From Eledone cirrhosa (Eukaryota): 64,000 nucleotides of DNA. Below, in pieces: positions 44,441 through 57,847 of the stretch. The stretch is from the NCBI GenBank assembly GCA_964016885.1, contig OZ024741.1, positions 38,750,001 through 38,814,000 of the forward strand, in the 5' to 3' direction. Each line of letters opens with the position of its first letter. The stretch's first letter is position 1. The notes beneath the pieces are model-generated. The model saw nothing but the letters and a program-made list of their open reading frames with translations, did no database searches and was not told the DNA's origin. The position numbers and the translations under genes are program-made.

Positions 44441-44665
44441 AGGGTGGTGGATTGGCAGTACCGGTAGAGGGTCGGACGCCATGCTTTGCAGCATAGAGTT
44501 ACGGCCCTTTGTGATCTGAGTTCAAATCCCGCAGAGGGAGGTTAACTTCGCCTTTCATCGTTACGGGGTCGATAAAATAAAGCACCGGTAACATACTGGC
44601 TTCGATTTAATCGACTTTCTCCTGCCCCCCAAATTACTGGCCATGTGCCAATACTAGAAATCATC
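44441..44665 (+). mobile_element. Full-length main-family SINE inserted in (GTT)n
   Basis: A box, B box, central domain and tail; (GTT)n on both sides. Confidence 0.9.
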
Positions 44666-45084
44666 ATTGTTGCTGTTGTTGTTGTTGTTGTTGTTGTGTC
44701 TCGACGCAAAATATTAAATTGCTCCGTAAGTTTCTTACTTTTTTACATTGTTAAACTAGCCAGGATCTTGGTGATCTGGTTAGTTTTTCACCTGCTGTAG
44801 CTTTTAGGACATAAACCTGTGTTTGTTTACCAAACACACTCCTTAATTTCTTTTGATGAATAGGATGATGGATGGATAACTAATTTTCTTCCGATAGAGA
44901 GAACAGCCGTCTCTTAACTGGATGGAACAGCCAAATTTCAAAAAGCAGTGACACCAACAACAATAACAACAATAAGTCTGTACGGGAAAACTATGAAATA
45001 AATTTGCCTGAAATAAATACGTCAACACCACCATCAATATTATAAGAACTACAAAGCAAAATGAACGCAACACTACTACAAATA

Positions 45085-47060
45085 CTGCCACTACTATTAC
45101 CACTACCAACACCACCACCATTACCGCTACCATCACCATCACCACCACCACCACCATTACCGCTACGATCACCATCATCATCACCACCACCATTACCGCT
45201 ACCATCACCATCACCATCACCACCACCATTACTGCTACCATCACCATCACCACCACTATTACTACTACCATCACCAACACCACTACCATTACCTCTACCA
45301 TCACCATCACCAACACCATCACAATTACCGCTACCATCACCATCATCATCACCACCACCATTACTGCTACCATCACCATCACCACCACCATTACCTCACC
45401 AATCACCATCACCATCACCATTACTGCTACCATCACCATCACCACCACCATTACTGCTACCATCACCATCACCACCACCATTACCGCTACCATCACCATC
45501 ACCACCACCATTACTGCTACCATCACCATCACCAACACCACTACCATTACTGCTACCATCACCATCACCAACACCACTACCATTACTGCTACCATCACCA
45601 TCACCAACACCACTACCATTACTGCTACCATCACCATCACCAACACCACCACCATTACCGCTACCATCACCATCACCACCACCATTACTGCTACCATCAC
45701 CATCACCAACACCACTACCATTATCGCTACCATCACCATCACCATCACCACCACCATTACTGCTACCATCACCATCACCAACACCACCACCATTACCGCT
45801 ACCATCAACATCATCATCACCACCACCATTACTGCTACCATCACCATCACCACCACCATTACCGCTACCATCACCATCACCACCACCATTACTGCTACCA
45901 TCACCATCACCACCACCATTACCGCTACCATCACCATCACCACCACCATTACTACTACCATCACCATCACCACCACCATTACTGCTACCATCACCATCAC
46001 CACCACCATTACTACTACCATCACCATCACCACCACCATTACTGCTACCATCACCAACACCACCACCATTACTGCTACCATCACCATTACCAACACCACT
46101 ACCATTACTGCTACCATCACCATCACCACCACCATTACTACTACCATCACCATCACCACCACCATTACTGCTACCATCACCAACACCACCACCATTACTG
46201 CTACCATCACCATCACCAACACCACTACCATTACTGCTACCATCACCATCACCAACACCACCACCATTACCGCTACCATCCCCATCACCACCACCATTAC
46301 CTCTACTATCACCATCATCATCACCACCACCATTACCTCTACCATCACCATCACCACCACCATTACTGCTACCATCACCATCACCACCACCATTACCGCT
46401 ACCATCACCATCATCATCACCACCACCATTACCGCTACCATCACCATCACCATCACCACCACCATTACTGCTACCATCACCATCACCACCACCATTACCG
46501 CTACCATCACCATCACCATCACCACTACCATTACCGCTACCATCACCATCACCACCACCATTACCGCTACCATCACCATCACCACAACCATTACCGCTAC
46601 CATCACCATTACCGCTACCATCACCATCACCATCACCACCACCATTACCGCTACCATCACCATCACCACAACCATTACCGCTACCATCACCATCACCACC
46701 ACCATTACCGCTACCATCACCATCACCACAACCATTACCGCTACCATCACCATCACCACAACCATTACCGCTACCATCACCATCACCACCACCATTACCG
46801 CTACCATCACCATCACCACCACCATTACCGCTACCATCACCATCACCACCACCTTTACCGCTACCATCACCATCACCACAACCATTACCGCTACCATCAC
46901 CATCACCACAACCATTAGCGCTACCATCACCATCACCACAACCATTACCGCTACCATCACCATCACGGCCACCATTACCGCTACCATCACCATTAGCGCT
47001 ACCATTACCATCACCACCATCATTACCTCTACCATCACCATCACCAATACCACCACCACT
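45085..47060. repeat. About 30-bp ACC-derived satellite (TTACYGCTACCATCACCATCACCACCACCA)n
   Basis: Direct inspection; stop-free in several frames on both strands. Confidence 0.95.
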
Positions 47061-47269
47061 GCAACAACAAAAACTATAATAGAAGCAAAAATAAAAAATA
47101 ACAGTAACGTAGAGAACAACACAAATGACAACAATAACAACATTGAAAACAACAACAACTACATTTGCAGCAACGACTGCCAAAAGAACCGAACTTTTTA
47201 AAATTAACATTTAGAAAGAAAAAAAAGACATGTTTGGCCCAAGCAGCTAAACTGATCAACTAGAGAAAT

Positions 47270-48190
47270 CGTGCTCTGACGTAGCCATTTCACTCAAGTT
47301 GTTGGCAGAAAATACACAAAACCAGGGTGCGTAAATGCTCTGTTGGCATATGTGAATGACGTCACCGTATGGCGTGGAAGAACTCGGTAGTCGAGGTCAC
47401 ATCGTAGAGAAATATAAAAAAATCAACCTTGATTATTTGGTGGGTTTGCAGGTCAACACCAGGAGAGGCAAATCCATGTCGTTCAGCAGCGTTGTTTGAC
47501 GCTGGACGAATGGACTGGTGAAGTTGCTCGGGATTTGGTTTGGTCCTAACTTCTAGCTGGATAGTCCTAGGACAAGGTAATTGTTACCCAGAAATGGGCC
47601 AAGAGTAACTATTCCTGATCGATGAAACCGTTCTGCACGCTCTCGTCCAATGTCCCGGCATCGCTAAATTTTTATCGAGCAGCTATTGTTGCGTGTGTGT
47701 CGGATTCGACTATCAACTGACTCCGTCGTGAAGTTCACCCCGCCGCACGTTTTTGGTCGGGAAGTGCAGGCATCTTTCCTCTCTGGTAGTTGTAGCGAAA
47801 TAGGTGGTATGGTGGATACAACTAAAAAGACTGAAGATAGACACTTTCCTCTTCAAACAAGCCCTCATCGACTTTTTCAAGTTTCCCTTCGAAAGGAAGG
47901 TGGAGGCGGAGAGGTAGTTGCTACCCACAGTACATTTGTTAAAGGGTGGGTGAATGTAGCGAGGATGACTGAGTGAATGTGTTTTCTATGCGCATGCGTC
48001 TGTGGACTGGAGAGTTCAGAGAGGAGGGCAACTTCCCTGGATTCTCTTGGCGATTAAAGTGGTTTAGGATCTGTGAGCTTCCCAAACCACTCCTGGGTGA
48101 TGCTCCCTCCTATTAGGGAATTCTTTTGGCTTACTTCACTGTTATTTTGTTACCCGCTTTCTTTGTTGATTATATGCAAATCCCCAATGT
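47270..48190 (+). mobile_element. Tx1/L1-like LINE fragment, heavily decayed
   Basis: AYVNDVT (YADD remnant), LVKLLGIWFGP, DETVLHALVQCP, FVKGWVNVARM. Homologous to the 14-15 kb copy. Confidence 0.75.
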
Positions 48191-48229
48191 ATTTATGTAT
48201 ATATGTATATATGTATGTATGTATTCATT

Positions 48230-48585
48230 ATTGGGTCATCGGTGACTAAACAGGCAGCCCCACCAAGCTTGCTTGGTGAGGAGGGTGATATTTGAACACC
48301 CTGCGGGATGAAATACAAGATCTGGCAAAGGGCGGAGGAACTCAGCAGAGTCAACTGCCATCCAAATAGTACTTTTTTTTCTTCTTCACATGGGAGTGAA
48401 AGGCCCTCAGTTGTTACCACAACACCTTTCTAGGAGAAGGAAACTGAAAAAAAAACCTGCGGCTTCGGAAGCATCCGATGATGTTGGTCAGTTCTCCTTT
48501 TCGGGTCATATTTTCGATGCTCAAGGGGTGGGATTGGTCGAGTGCAAGGCCTTTCCCCACTTAAAAATACCTTCAAAGCACATTT
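48230..48585 (+). mobile_element. RTE 5'-UTR-like repeat
   Basis: GGGTCATCGGTGACTAAACAGGCAGCCCCACCAAG...CTTGGTGAGGAGGGTG...TTCTAGGAGAAGGAAACT. Matches 23690-23900 (-) and 62040-62260. Confidence 0.6.
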
Positions 48586-48660
48586 TAAACACACACACAC
48601 ACATAAACACACAGAGACACGCCCAAAACACATAAACACACACAGACACACACATACCCT

Positions 48661-48730
<70 letters not shown>

Positions 48731-48781
48731 AACACACTATCTTTTCATGCATCCTTAGGAATGTTTTACGGTCCGTAAAAT

Positions 48782-49972
48782 AATTGTTTCTAACATAGGC
48801 ACAAGGCCAGTAATTTAGTGGGAGGAGAAATTCAATAACATTTACCACAGTACTTTACTGGTACTTTATTATCTCGACCTCGAAACGATGAAAGGCAAAG
48901 CTGACCTCGGTGGGATTTGAACTTAGCTCGTAACTAGATGCTATGCAGCGTCGTAACGATGTTGTAAAGAACCGGGAAAAGTACTGCAACACATTTGTCC
49001 AAGGCTCTAACAACTCTGCCAGTCTACTACCAGAGGTTCGTTTGTAATAATAATATAAAGGATAAAAACCCCCTTCGGTCACGAATGCCCATGGGATTTG
49101 AAGCTAGAAAGTTCCCCTCCGAGGCACAAGTCTAGGCTAGGTTGTTTGTGGAAGACCAGCAATTGCTCATACATACCAGTCTCCCCTCTCCACGCCAGCG
49201 ATATTGTCTAAGGTAAAGGCTAAGGCTGATAAAACTTGGCACCAGTGACGTCACAACTCATTTCTACAGCTGAGTGAACTGAAGCAATGGGAAATAAAGT
49301 GTCTTGCTCAACAACACAACACAAAGCCCGGTCCGAGAATCGATCTCACAACCTCACGATTGTAAGCTCGACGCACTAACCACCAAGCCATATGCCTTCC
49401 AATAATAATTGTTTCTACTTTTGGCACAAGGCCAGCAATTAACCAGTACATTACTGGTACTTTATTTTATCGACCCCGTAAGGATGAAAGGCAAAGTTGA
49501 CCTCGGCGGGATTTGAACTCAGAAATTATTTCTAGTATAGGCACATAGGCCAGTAATTTGGTGGGAAGGGAAAGTCGATTAAATCGACCCCAGTACGTTA
49601 CTGGTGCTTATTTTATCGACGCCTTAAGGATGAAAGGCAAAGTTAACCTCGGCGGGATTTGAACTCAGACCGCAACGGGCCGTAACTCTATGCTGCAAAG
49701 ATGGTGTCCGACTCTCTACCAATACTGCCAATCCACTGCCCTAATAATAATAATAATGATTTCTGATTTAGGCACAAGGCCAATCATTTTTGGGGAGGGA
49801 AAAGTCTAATAAATCAACCCCAGTGCATTACTGGTGCTTTATTTATCGACCATGTAAGGATGAAAGGCAAAGCTAACCTCGGCGGGATTTGAACTCAGAA
49901 CGTAAAGGACCGTCACTCTATACTACAAAGCATGGTTTCTGACGCTCTAGTGATACTGCCAATCCATCGCCC
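48782..49972 (-). mobile_element. SINE cluster (four main-family copies plus one second-family copy at about 49070-49400)
   Basis: Diagnostic domains as above. Confidence 0.88.
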
Positions 49973-51113
49973 TTCAAATAATAATAATAGTAATAATATT
50001 TTAAGAGCCAACGAGTCCTTCTATTCGATAAAAGATTAACCGAAATAGTGACTGGCATTCCGGATTCTAGTTCTTATTCCAATTCATTGGTTGTCATTGG
50101 TTGCCAAAGCTTTATTATCAGATTTTTGTTGGTAACCAGGATGTGGCATCTAACAGATGCTTGCTTGCAATCAGGATGTGAAATATTTTCAGCATTAGGT
50201 AATATTTAAAATATAAAAAAAATATTAAAATGTTCATTCCCTGACTAACTCTTCGTTTAGTCAATAGTTGGTAGAGTTATTCTATGAAGAATTGGTGGAC
50301 GTGGCATAGTCGAATGGTTAACAAGTTATAAAATAGGGTCAATACCCTTAAAAGACGGAAAAAAGTTACCATTGGTCGCTATGAAAAATTGAACCCATAT
50401 CTTCTAGATATCGCGCTAGGGGCTTTTATCTGGGAGACATGGAGTTCAGTTCCTCATAACGGCCGATGGCAACTTCTTTTTCCGTCTTTTAAGGGTTTTC
50501 ACATTTATTTTATAAGATATTTTGTAGCAGCTAGAGACATGAGCACAACATTGTTGATGTTGAATTGTTCTATATGGATACCTGCCATCTTTCGTCAGAG
50601 TGGGATCGGTCCAAGCAAGGGCATCACTCGGTCTAAACGTCTTACCCCTGTGTTGCATGATCATCACTGGCCATTGCACAAAAAGGCTTTTTTTTCTCAC
50701 AGCATATATGCAGAAAGGAATGTAAGTCCTTGGCAGAGCTACAAAGTAACGATCATGCGACCCATGTGTGAGAAAAAGATCAACATGATGGCAATTCTTT
50801 CTTGCTACTTCCCCTATTAAGAGTGACACAGCTAAGGTCAACACTAAGAGAGCAGGAAAGAAAACTACAGACAAAAATGTGAACTTTTCTCTATATATAT
50901 GTATGTAAAAATATTTTTCCCCATATTTTTATTGTTCTTATTAATATGCAATTTAATTGCATTATACATTTCCGTCGTATGAAGAAGCCTACAAGCTGAA
51001 ACCGGTATAAATAATGCGGAAATTCCTATTTTGTAAATAAATGTTTTGATGTTATTCTGAGAGAAAATCCCTTTAGCATTTTCTACTGTTTTTTTTTTCT
51101 TTTTTAATTTATA

Positions 51114-51178
<65 letters not shown>

Positions 51179-51180
<2 letters not shown>

Positions 51181-51644
51181 CGAAGGAAATGTGGTAAGGA
51201 ACCAGATGGACCATAATGCACCAGAAAACTCAATACTTAGGGTAGTAGAGTGGGTAATAGGAAAAAGTATGACCCCGACGGCAGAACTCAAGCCGTTTCG
51301 ATGGCTATTTCTGGACTAAATTAGAATTTTTCCTATATATATATATATAACGAAGGATGTGTGGTAAGGAACCAGGTGAACCCACTCCCTCATTGTTCTA
51401 CAAGCAAGTTCAGTTACCCCCACCCCTACCCACCGCCATGAAAGATTTAACTGTGTTTACAAGAAAATTTGACCAATCCTTATGACAACTACAACCTTCA
51501 GAAATGCATGATTATCGCATGACCATATATGTAATTACCCCTTGAAAAGTTCGGCTGTTTATTACCACGCTAAAAATCTAATTTAGTCCAGAAATAGCCG
51601 TTGAAACGGCTTGAGCTCTGCCGTCGGGGTCCTGAACATTTTCC
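51179..51644 (+). mobile_element. Unclassified (TA)n-inserted element(s) with AACGAAGG...TTTTCC termini
   Basis: Units at 51179-51333 (3' motif inverted) and 51349-51644. Short relative at 52907-53012 (-). 3' motif also at 40828-40881. Confidence 0.65.
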
Positions 51645-52194
51645 TATATATATATATTTAGGTGTCGCAGAAACCCTATATCGGATTATACAATCATTCC
51701 CGAGAGTCCAGGTAAATATTTCAATCACATCTTATTTTGTTTCACCCGCTTAGCTTGCTCGCTTTTTTGTCTTAGGTGGTTAATGGCTTCTTAACCATCG
51801 TCTCAGTATTGTATGGCCTTTTTAACTTATGTTTATAGCTCTGGTATCTTCATATCCATTGAGCGCTCGCCAACACAATTCGGAAGTTGCGTTTCGCTAA
51901 TTTCTACTCGTCGAAATGCGATTCTCGCTAAATGTATATTTAAATATATATATAATTGGGAACCATGCCCCCCCCCCCCCCCAATAATTATATCTTATCT
52001 TTCTCCCCAAATTACCAAAACACACATCTATTTGGATATGCGCAACAAATTATGTGTATGTTATGTTTATTGCATATCGAAGTTTTATGGCCATTTTAGA
52101 GTGCAAAGAACTACAAGTAAATTACCATATTCCCCCCCCCCCCCACACACACACACTTCAGAAATGCTTCCACCGCCTCTGTATATATATACAT

Positions 52195-52385
52195 AAATTT
52201 AAATAATTTTGAAAACCATACAATGCACTAGAAATTTAAAATTGCTAAGATAACAATAGAATCTTACCGTAGCAAATTTAATAATCCATTAATAATCTTA
52301 CCTTTGCTATGTTAAGATTCTATTGTTATCTTAGCAATTTTAATTTTCTAGTGCATTGTATGGTCTTCAATATTATTTAAATTTT
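52195..52385. repeat. Inverted repeat (about 84-bp arms, about 24-bp spacer)
   Basis: 52195-52278 is the reverse complement of 52302-52385 with several mismatches. Confidence 0.85.
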
Positions 52386-52610
52386 TGTTTCCTATTCATA
52401 TATATATGGAGTTGGAAACGTGAGGTATATTTACCTTAGTACTTACTGAATAACTACAACGTGTGGACGATGGGATGCCGTTTCATAACTGCAAGCTTAT
52501 TGTCTCAGCGAGTGAGGGGATCATGGCTGGAGGTCGCTGAAATAACTTCGCTATTTGTAGTGAAACCCATGCTAGTTCCGTCAACTTATTATATATATGC
52601 ATATATATAT

Positions 52611-52790
52611 AAAGCACACACAGCTAGGTAGGTAACTAATTAAAGTTCAACTGGAACTTCAAATACCTTTTAAAATGATTAATCATTACCTTAAAATACC
52701 TTTTAAAATGATTAATCATTTTTAAAAGATATCTATATTTGAAGTTCTAGTTAAACTTTAATTAGTTACCTACCTAGCTGTGTGTGCTTT
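52611..52790. repeat. Inverted repeat with internal short duplication
   Basis: AAAGCACACACAGCTAGGTAGGTAACTAATTAAAGTT... / ...AACTTTAATTAGTTACCTACCTAGCTGTGTGTGCTTT. AAATACCTTTTAAAATGATTAATCATT occurs twice. Confidence 0.85.
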
Positions 52791-52829
52791 GCACTCTTTA
52801 CAAATTATCCCCTGTGATTGTTTGATATG

Positions 52830-52913
<84 letters not shown>

Positions 52914-53015
52914 GTATGACACCGACGGCAGAGCTCAAGCCGTTTCGACGGCTATTTTTGGACTCTGGTGCGTTATGGTCCATCTGGTTCCTTACCACAA
53001 CACTCCTTCGTTATT

Positions 53016-53047
<32 letters not shown>

Positions 53048-53193
53048 TTTTGAGTTCATGTTGGTTGTATACCAACACCTCAGTATGCAGGCTGGAGCAC
53101 TCGACGAGGTGCGCAGGTTGGTTTGGTTACTCCGGAGTAGTGTGAAATAAAGTTAAATAAAAGTCAAATGATTAAAATTTAGCTTCGTTTATT

Positions 53194-53248
53194 ACTGCTA
53201 TATATATTTCAGTGACAGCCATCTTTGGCTGTGACCTCTTCAGGCAGT
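53194..53248 (-). ncRNA. Type-I hammerhead ribozyme (mirror copy)
   Basis: Reverse complement of 53479-53533. Confidence 0.8.
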
Positions 53249-53478
53249 TTGAATTAGTATGGTATAGACAAGTACATATGTTATTTAGGTGTATGATATT
53301 GTCAATACTCTGATATGCCCAGTTCCTTGTTGGGTTGTTAATTCACTGGGGAACTGGAGTCATATGACTCCAGTTCCCAAGTGAATTAACAACCCAACAA
53401 GGAACTGGGCATATCAGAGTATTGACAATATCATACACCTAAATAACATATGTACTTGTCTATACCATACTAATTCAA

Positions 53479-53533
53479 ACTGCCTGAAGAGGTCACAGCC
53501 AAAGATGGCTGTCACTGAAATATATATAGCAGT
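53479..53533 (+). ncRNA. Type-I hammerhead ribozyme
   Basis: actgc-CTGAAGA-ggtcacagcc(aaagat)ggctgtcact-GAAA-tatata-TA-gcagt. Palindromic helix III ATATATAT. Confidence 0.8.
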
Positions 53534-53577
53534 AATAAACGAAGCTAAATTTTAATCATTTGACTTTTATTTAACTT

Positions 53578-53644
<67 letters not shown>

Positions 53645-54302
53645 CATATATATTTATATATTTTATTTTATTGGCAACATGACCCTCCCAAAGTATAACA
53701 ATATATATATAAGTTAAAACAATGAAATAAAAAATCAAGTCATTAGAAATATACTTCACTGCTTTACAATCGTTTCTAGGTGATGATAATACATCGTAAC
53801 TATACATCGTTATCGATCTATGTAAGGTTAGTTACAAAATATCAGATAAGGAAAATATTTACTTACATGCATATTACCAGCTGTTGTCAAAAGCAATAAT
53901 CATTTTATTCAAAATTAGTAGTAAATTAGTAGTAAGTTTAGTTATATGACCTTATTTGGAGGTAGCTGAAGAACAAACCAATCAGATTGTTTTTTTCCAT
54001 ATGATGTTAAGATGAAAATAATTCACTTTAGTTGAGGTCATGACCCTTTGAAAGGAATGGTTGAATGGTGTTAATAATAGAATTGCTATAAAAAATCTAT
54101 TAGGAAGAAAGGGATTGTCAAATTGATAGTTGAATGTATATGGTATAGTGAAGTTTAAAAGGAATGTAAAAGTTAAATGTTGAGTTGTGTTGTATGGAGT
54201 TTTTAGGTGAATATAAATTGAGGTCATGACTAGGAAAGATAGTATATTAAAAGATGAAAATTATAATAAGATAATGAAATACAGTAATACAATAATATAA
54301 TA

Positions 54303-54493
54303 TAATTGTTTCTACTTTCGGCACAAGGCCAGCAATCAACCAGTGTATTACTGGCACTTTATTTTATCGACCCCGTAAGGATGAAAGGCAAAGTTAACCT
54401 CGGCGGGATTTGAACTCAGAATGGCAAGGGCCGTAACTCTATGCGTCAAAGCATGGCGTCCGACCCTCTACCGATACTGCCAATCCACCGCCC
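54303..54493 (-). mobile_element. Main-family SINE
   Basis: Well-preserved copy with A/B boxes. Confidence 0.9.
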
Positions 54494-54909
54494 TTATACA
54501 GTAATATAATATAATGTAACACAATATAGTACGGTGTGGTAAATTGTACTTAGTACAATACAGCGTACGATACGTTGTAAAATACTTTCAAGTATGTCTA
54601 TGTATAAATAATGAAAGTCAGATAAATGCATGTTGACATAGTCAAAACGCATAAATTTCATAGATCACAAAGTGCATATACCCATATTATAGATAGAGGT
54701 ATAGTTATATTGATACTCAATTAAAAATATACATACGCATAAATAGATGCAAACATATACATACATCTTCACATGTGCACACAATCATATACACATATAT
54801 TTATATATATATATTTACATATACACACCTATACACACATATATATATATGTATGTACACACACATACATGTACACACACACATATAAACACTCATACAC
54901 ATATACACG

Positions 54910-55019
<110 letters not shown>

Positions 55020-55746
55020 GTCACATATACATACATAGATACATATTTACTCATGCAATTACGGGTGGTTGTGTACCTTGTTGCCCTTAATCATTAACGC
55101 ATAAATCTAAGGAAGCTAAAAAATTAAAAGGTAAGAAATAAGCATGAATGCGTATAATTAGGGGAAAGGGATTCTAACAAATGTTACGCTACATAGAATT
55201 ATAGGGAGTTGCTATTTAGAATATTTAATTAGGTTTATAGTATTTAAATGTTTTTCGTATACGGTGATTACAAACTATAACCAGTTCCTGTCTTTTATTC
55301 AATAAATCGTCATTAGACTTAGTAATTTCCAAGATCTCCCCTGAACATAACATGTGGTGTTAGGTAGTTTAGTATTGTTAAAACTACTAGCTGAAGCAGT
55401 AAATAGCTATAAAAAGAAAAAAAATGTAGGCACAAGTATTGAGGACAAATGCACAACCCTTTGGCAACTAACTATATATATCGCTTATCCCTTTAAACCT
55501 CTCCTTCTCTCTCACGATACTTAAATATTCTATATATATATTCCGAAGAGATTGTTTTATAATCATTTTATAATGATTTATGTAACATCAGCACTGTTAT
55601 TTTTGTTATCTTATTTATATATGTGCATAGTAAACAACACAATATAATTATTCCATTACTAAAATAATCTGATGGACGGGCTAGAAGTTTCTGTAAGAAT
55701 CGTCTAGTTTCTTGAGACCTTCTACGGAAATATTTAACACATAACC

Positions 55747-55899
<153 letters not shown>

Positions 55900-56244
55900 T
55901 TAATAGATATTAATTTCATATATCCAAAACATAATTATTTCATCCGGTGAGCGAACTGGACGTTTCTATTACGATCGTCTAGTTTCCTGAAACGTTTGGA
56001 AATGAAATAATTATATTGTGTTGTATATTATGTAATTAAATAGCTCTATAATATACATAGAGCACACTTTTTTCCTTTACCTTTTCTACGGAAATACTTA
56101 ACACACACACGACCTTAAATAGAGTGTGTGTCTCTGATCAAATCATCGGTATACATGAGTACACCTGATCAATGAAACAATTGTTAATACTATAAATAAA
56201 ACCCTGTTTGTACAGCCGACCATTTTAATTCTTCACTCTTTCAC

Positions 56245-56280
<36 letters not shown>

Positions 56281-56342
56281 ATATTAGAAAGTGATGTCTT
56301 TTTACAAAATGAAAAATAACCGGTGTCCTAAATGAGTGAAAG

Positions 56343-56582
56343 TATAAGGAAAAAAGATGAAATCGAAAATGCAACTGGAGTCTTATTTAAAAATATATAT
56401 ATATATATTTATTTGGTTCCTTTACTGGTTTCGCAGATGTGAGAAAAACCACAAACCCTCCATCTCAACTCTACTTTTGAAAAGAGCAGAAGAACTGCGA
56501 AACCGGTAAAGGAACCAAATAAATATATATATTTTTTCTTTTTAAATAAGACTGCAGTTGCATTTTCGATTTCATCTTTTTT

Positions 56583-56590
<8 letters not shown>
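56343..56590. repeat. Inverted repeat with decayed HHR
   Basis: 56343-56435 is the reverse complement of 56495-56590. 56474-56512 reads ctt-TTGAAAA-ga-gcag(aagaa)ctgc-GAAA-ccgg-TA-aag. Confidence 0.8.
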
Positions 56591-56623
<33 letters not shown>

Positions 56624-56732
56624 GGAGGAGAGTTTTATTGTAGCACAATAAAACAATGCAAATATCGGATAAGTATGTTGATTTAAAACTTCACTATTCA
56701 CAAGTGTTTTTAACCCTCATATCATGTATCCC

Positions 56733-56803
56733 TATTTTATCTGATGAAAATGCAGATATCATCTCATGATGATATTTGTTTTTGAAATGCGCATAATAAA
56801 ATA
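56733..56803 (+). ncRNA. Type-I hammerhead ribozyme in an about 215-bp insert between (TA)n runs (56620-56835)
   Basis: tattttat-CTGATGA-aaatgcagatatcatc(tcat)gatgatatttgttttt-GAAA-tgcgca-TA-ataaaata. 8-bp helix I, long helix II, palindromic helix III ATGCGCAT. Confidence 0.88.
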
Positions 56804-57231
56804 CTTGGAACTCTTTTAACCATCTTTTGATCTTATATATATATATATATATATATAGTGTTGTGTAGTGTGCTGTTGTGGTATAATGAGGTGAAGTGTG
56901 GAGTGATATGGTGTGGTGTGGTCAGTTAGAATTAAAATGTTTAGACAAGCTGTTACAATTTTTTTGCATAATCCAATACAATGCCACTTCATTTAGCATA
57001 ATAAACAGTTTATCGCCTCATTTATGTATGTGCATATATATGTAAACACATACACATACATATACACACAATGATATATAAACTCAGATACACCCATACA
57101 TACACACACCCGCACACACACACATGTATACATTAATAAATATATATATATGTGTGTGTGTATATATATATATGTATATATATCTGTGTGTATATATATA
57201 TGTATATATAAATGAAAATAGAGAAATTAAT

Positions 57232-57317
<86 letters not shown>

Positions 57318-57847
57318 GCAAATATATTACACATGGTGCACGCAATACATTTCTGTCTGGTCTGTTCCAGAGTTTTGTTTTGACATTATGTAATTATGCT
57401 TTGTTTCATCAGAAAATGGGTCGATCAAATAAATGCCTTTTATGTTTAGCAGCAAACTTCAAAATTACGTATAGTAGTGTTGTCAATTGATGAGAGATAA
57501 ATTTTAGTTGTTTTATTAATTTGCTTAGAGAAATGGGTGAAAGAGAATGTGTATATCAGTGGCTGTGTAACGTAGCGGGAAAAGAAAGCTAGAAAGAGGG
57601 TATGTATGTATCTATGTATGTATGTATATATATGGCCGTTGACTCTTATGAGTTCTTCCGTCCTTTTGTCAGGTTTTGTTTTTTGTCCTGTAGGGCAGTG
57701 GTCGCCAACCTTTCTAAAACCGAGGAACCCTCTAAATATTTTGAATTCTTCACGGAACCTATACAATACAAAACTTTTCAACAAAAAAAATAAAGTATTT
57801 ATTTATTTTAGTGTTTCATGCGTGTGTATGTAATCGAACACAATTAA

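Larger units (their letters stand above)
53143..53584. repeat. 442-bp spacerless palindrome containing two opposed HHRs
   Basis: Symmetry centre CAT|ATG at 53363/53364; one mismatch seen. Confidence 0.95.

Noticed and set aside
44843-47210. Extensin-like, Gly/Asp-rich and Val/Met-rich ORFs of 600-770 aa
   Set aside because: Overlapping frames of an ACC-derived satellite with no unique domain or gene context.
50389-50874. Overlapping 142-143 aa ORFs
   Set aside because: No recognisable motif in the frames examined; a short host exon cannot be excluded without RNA data.
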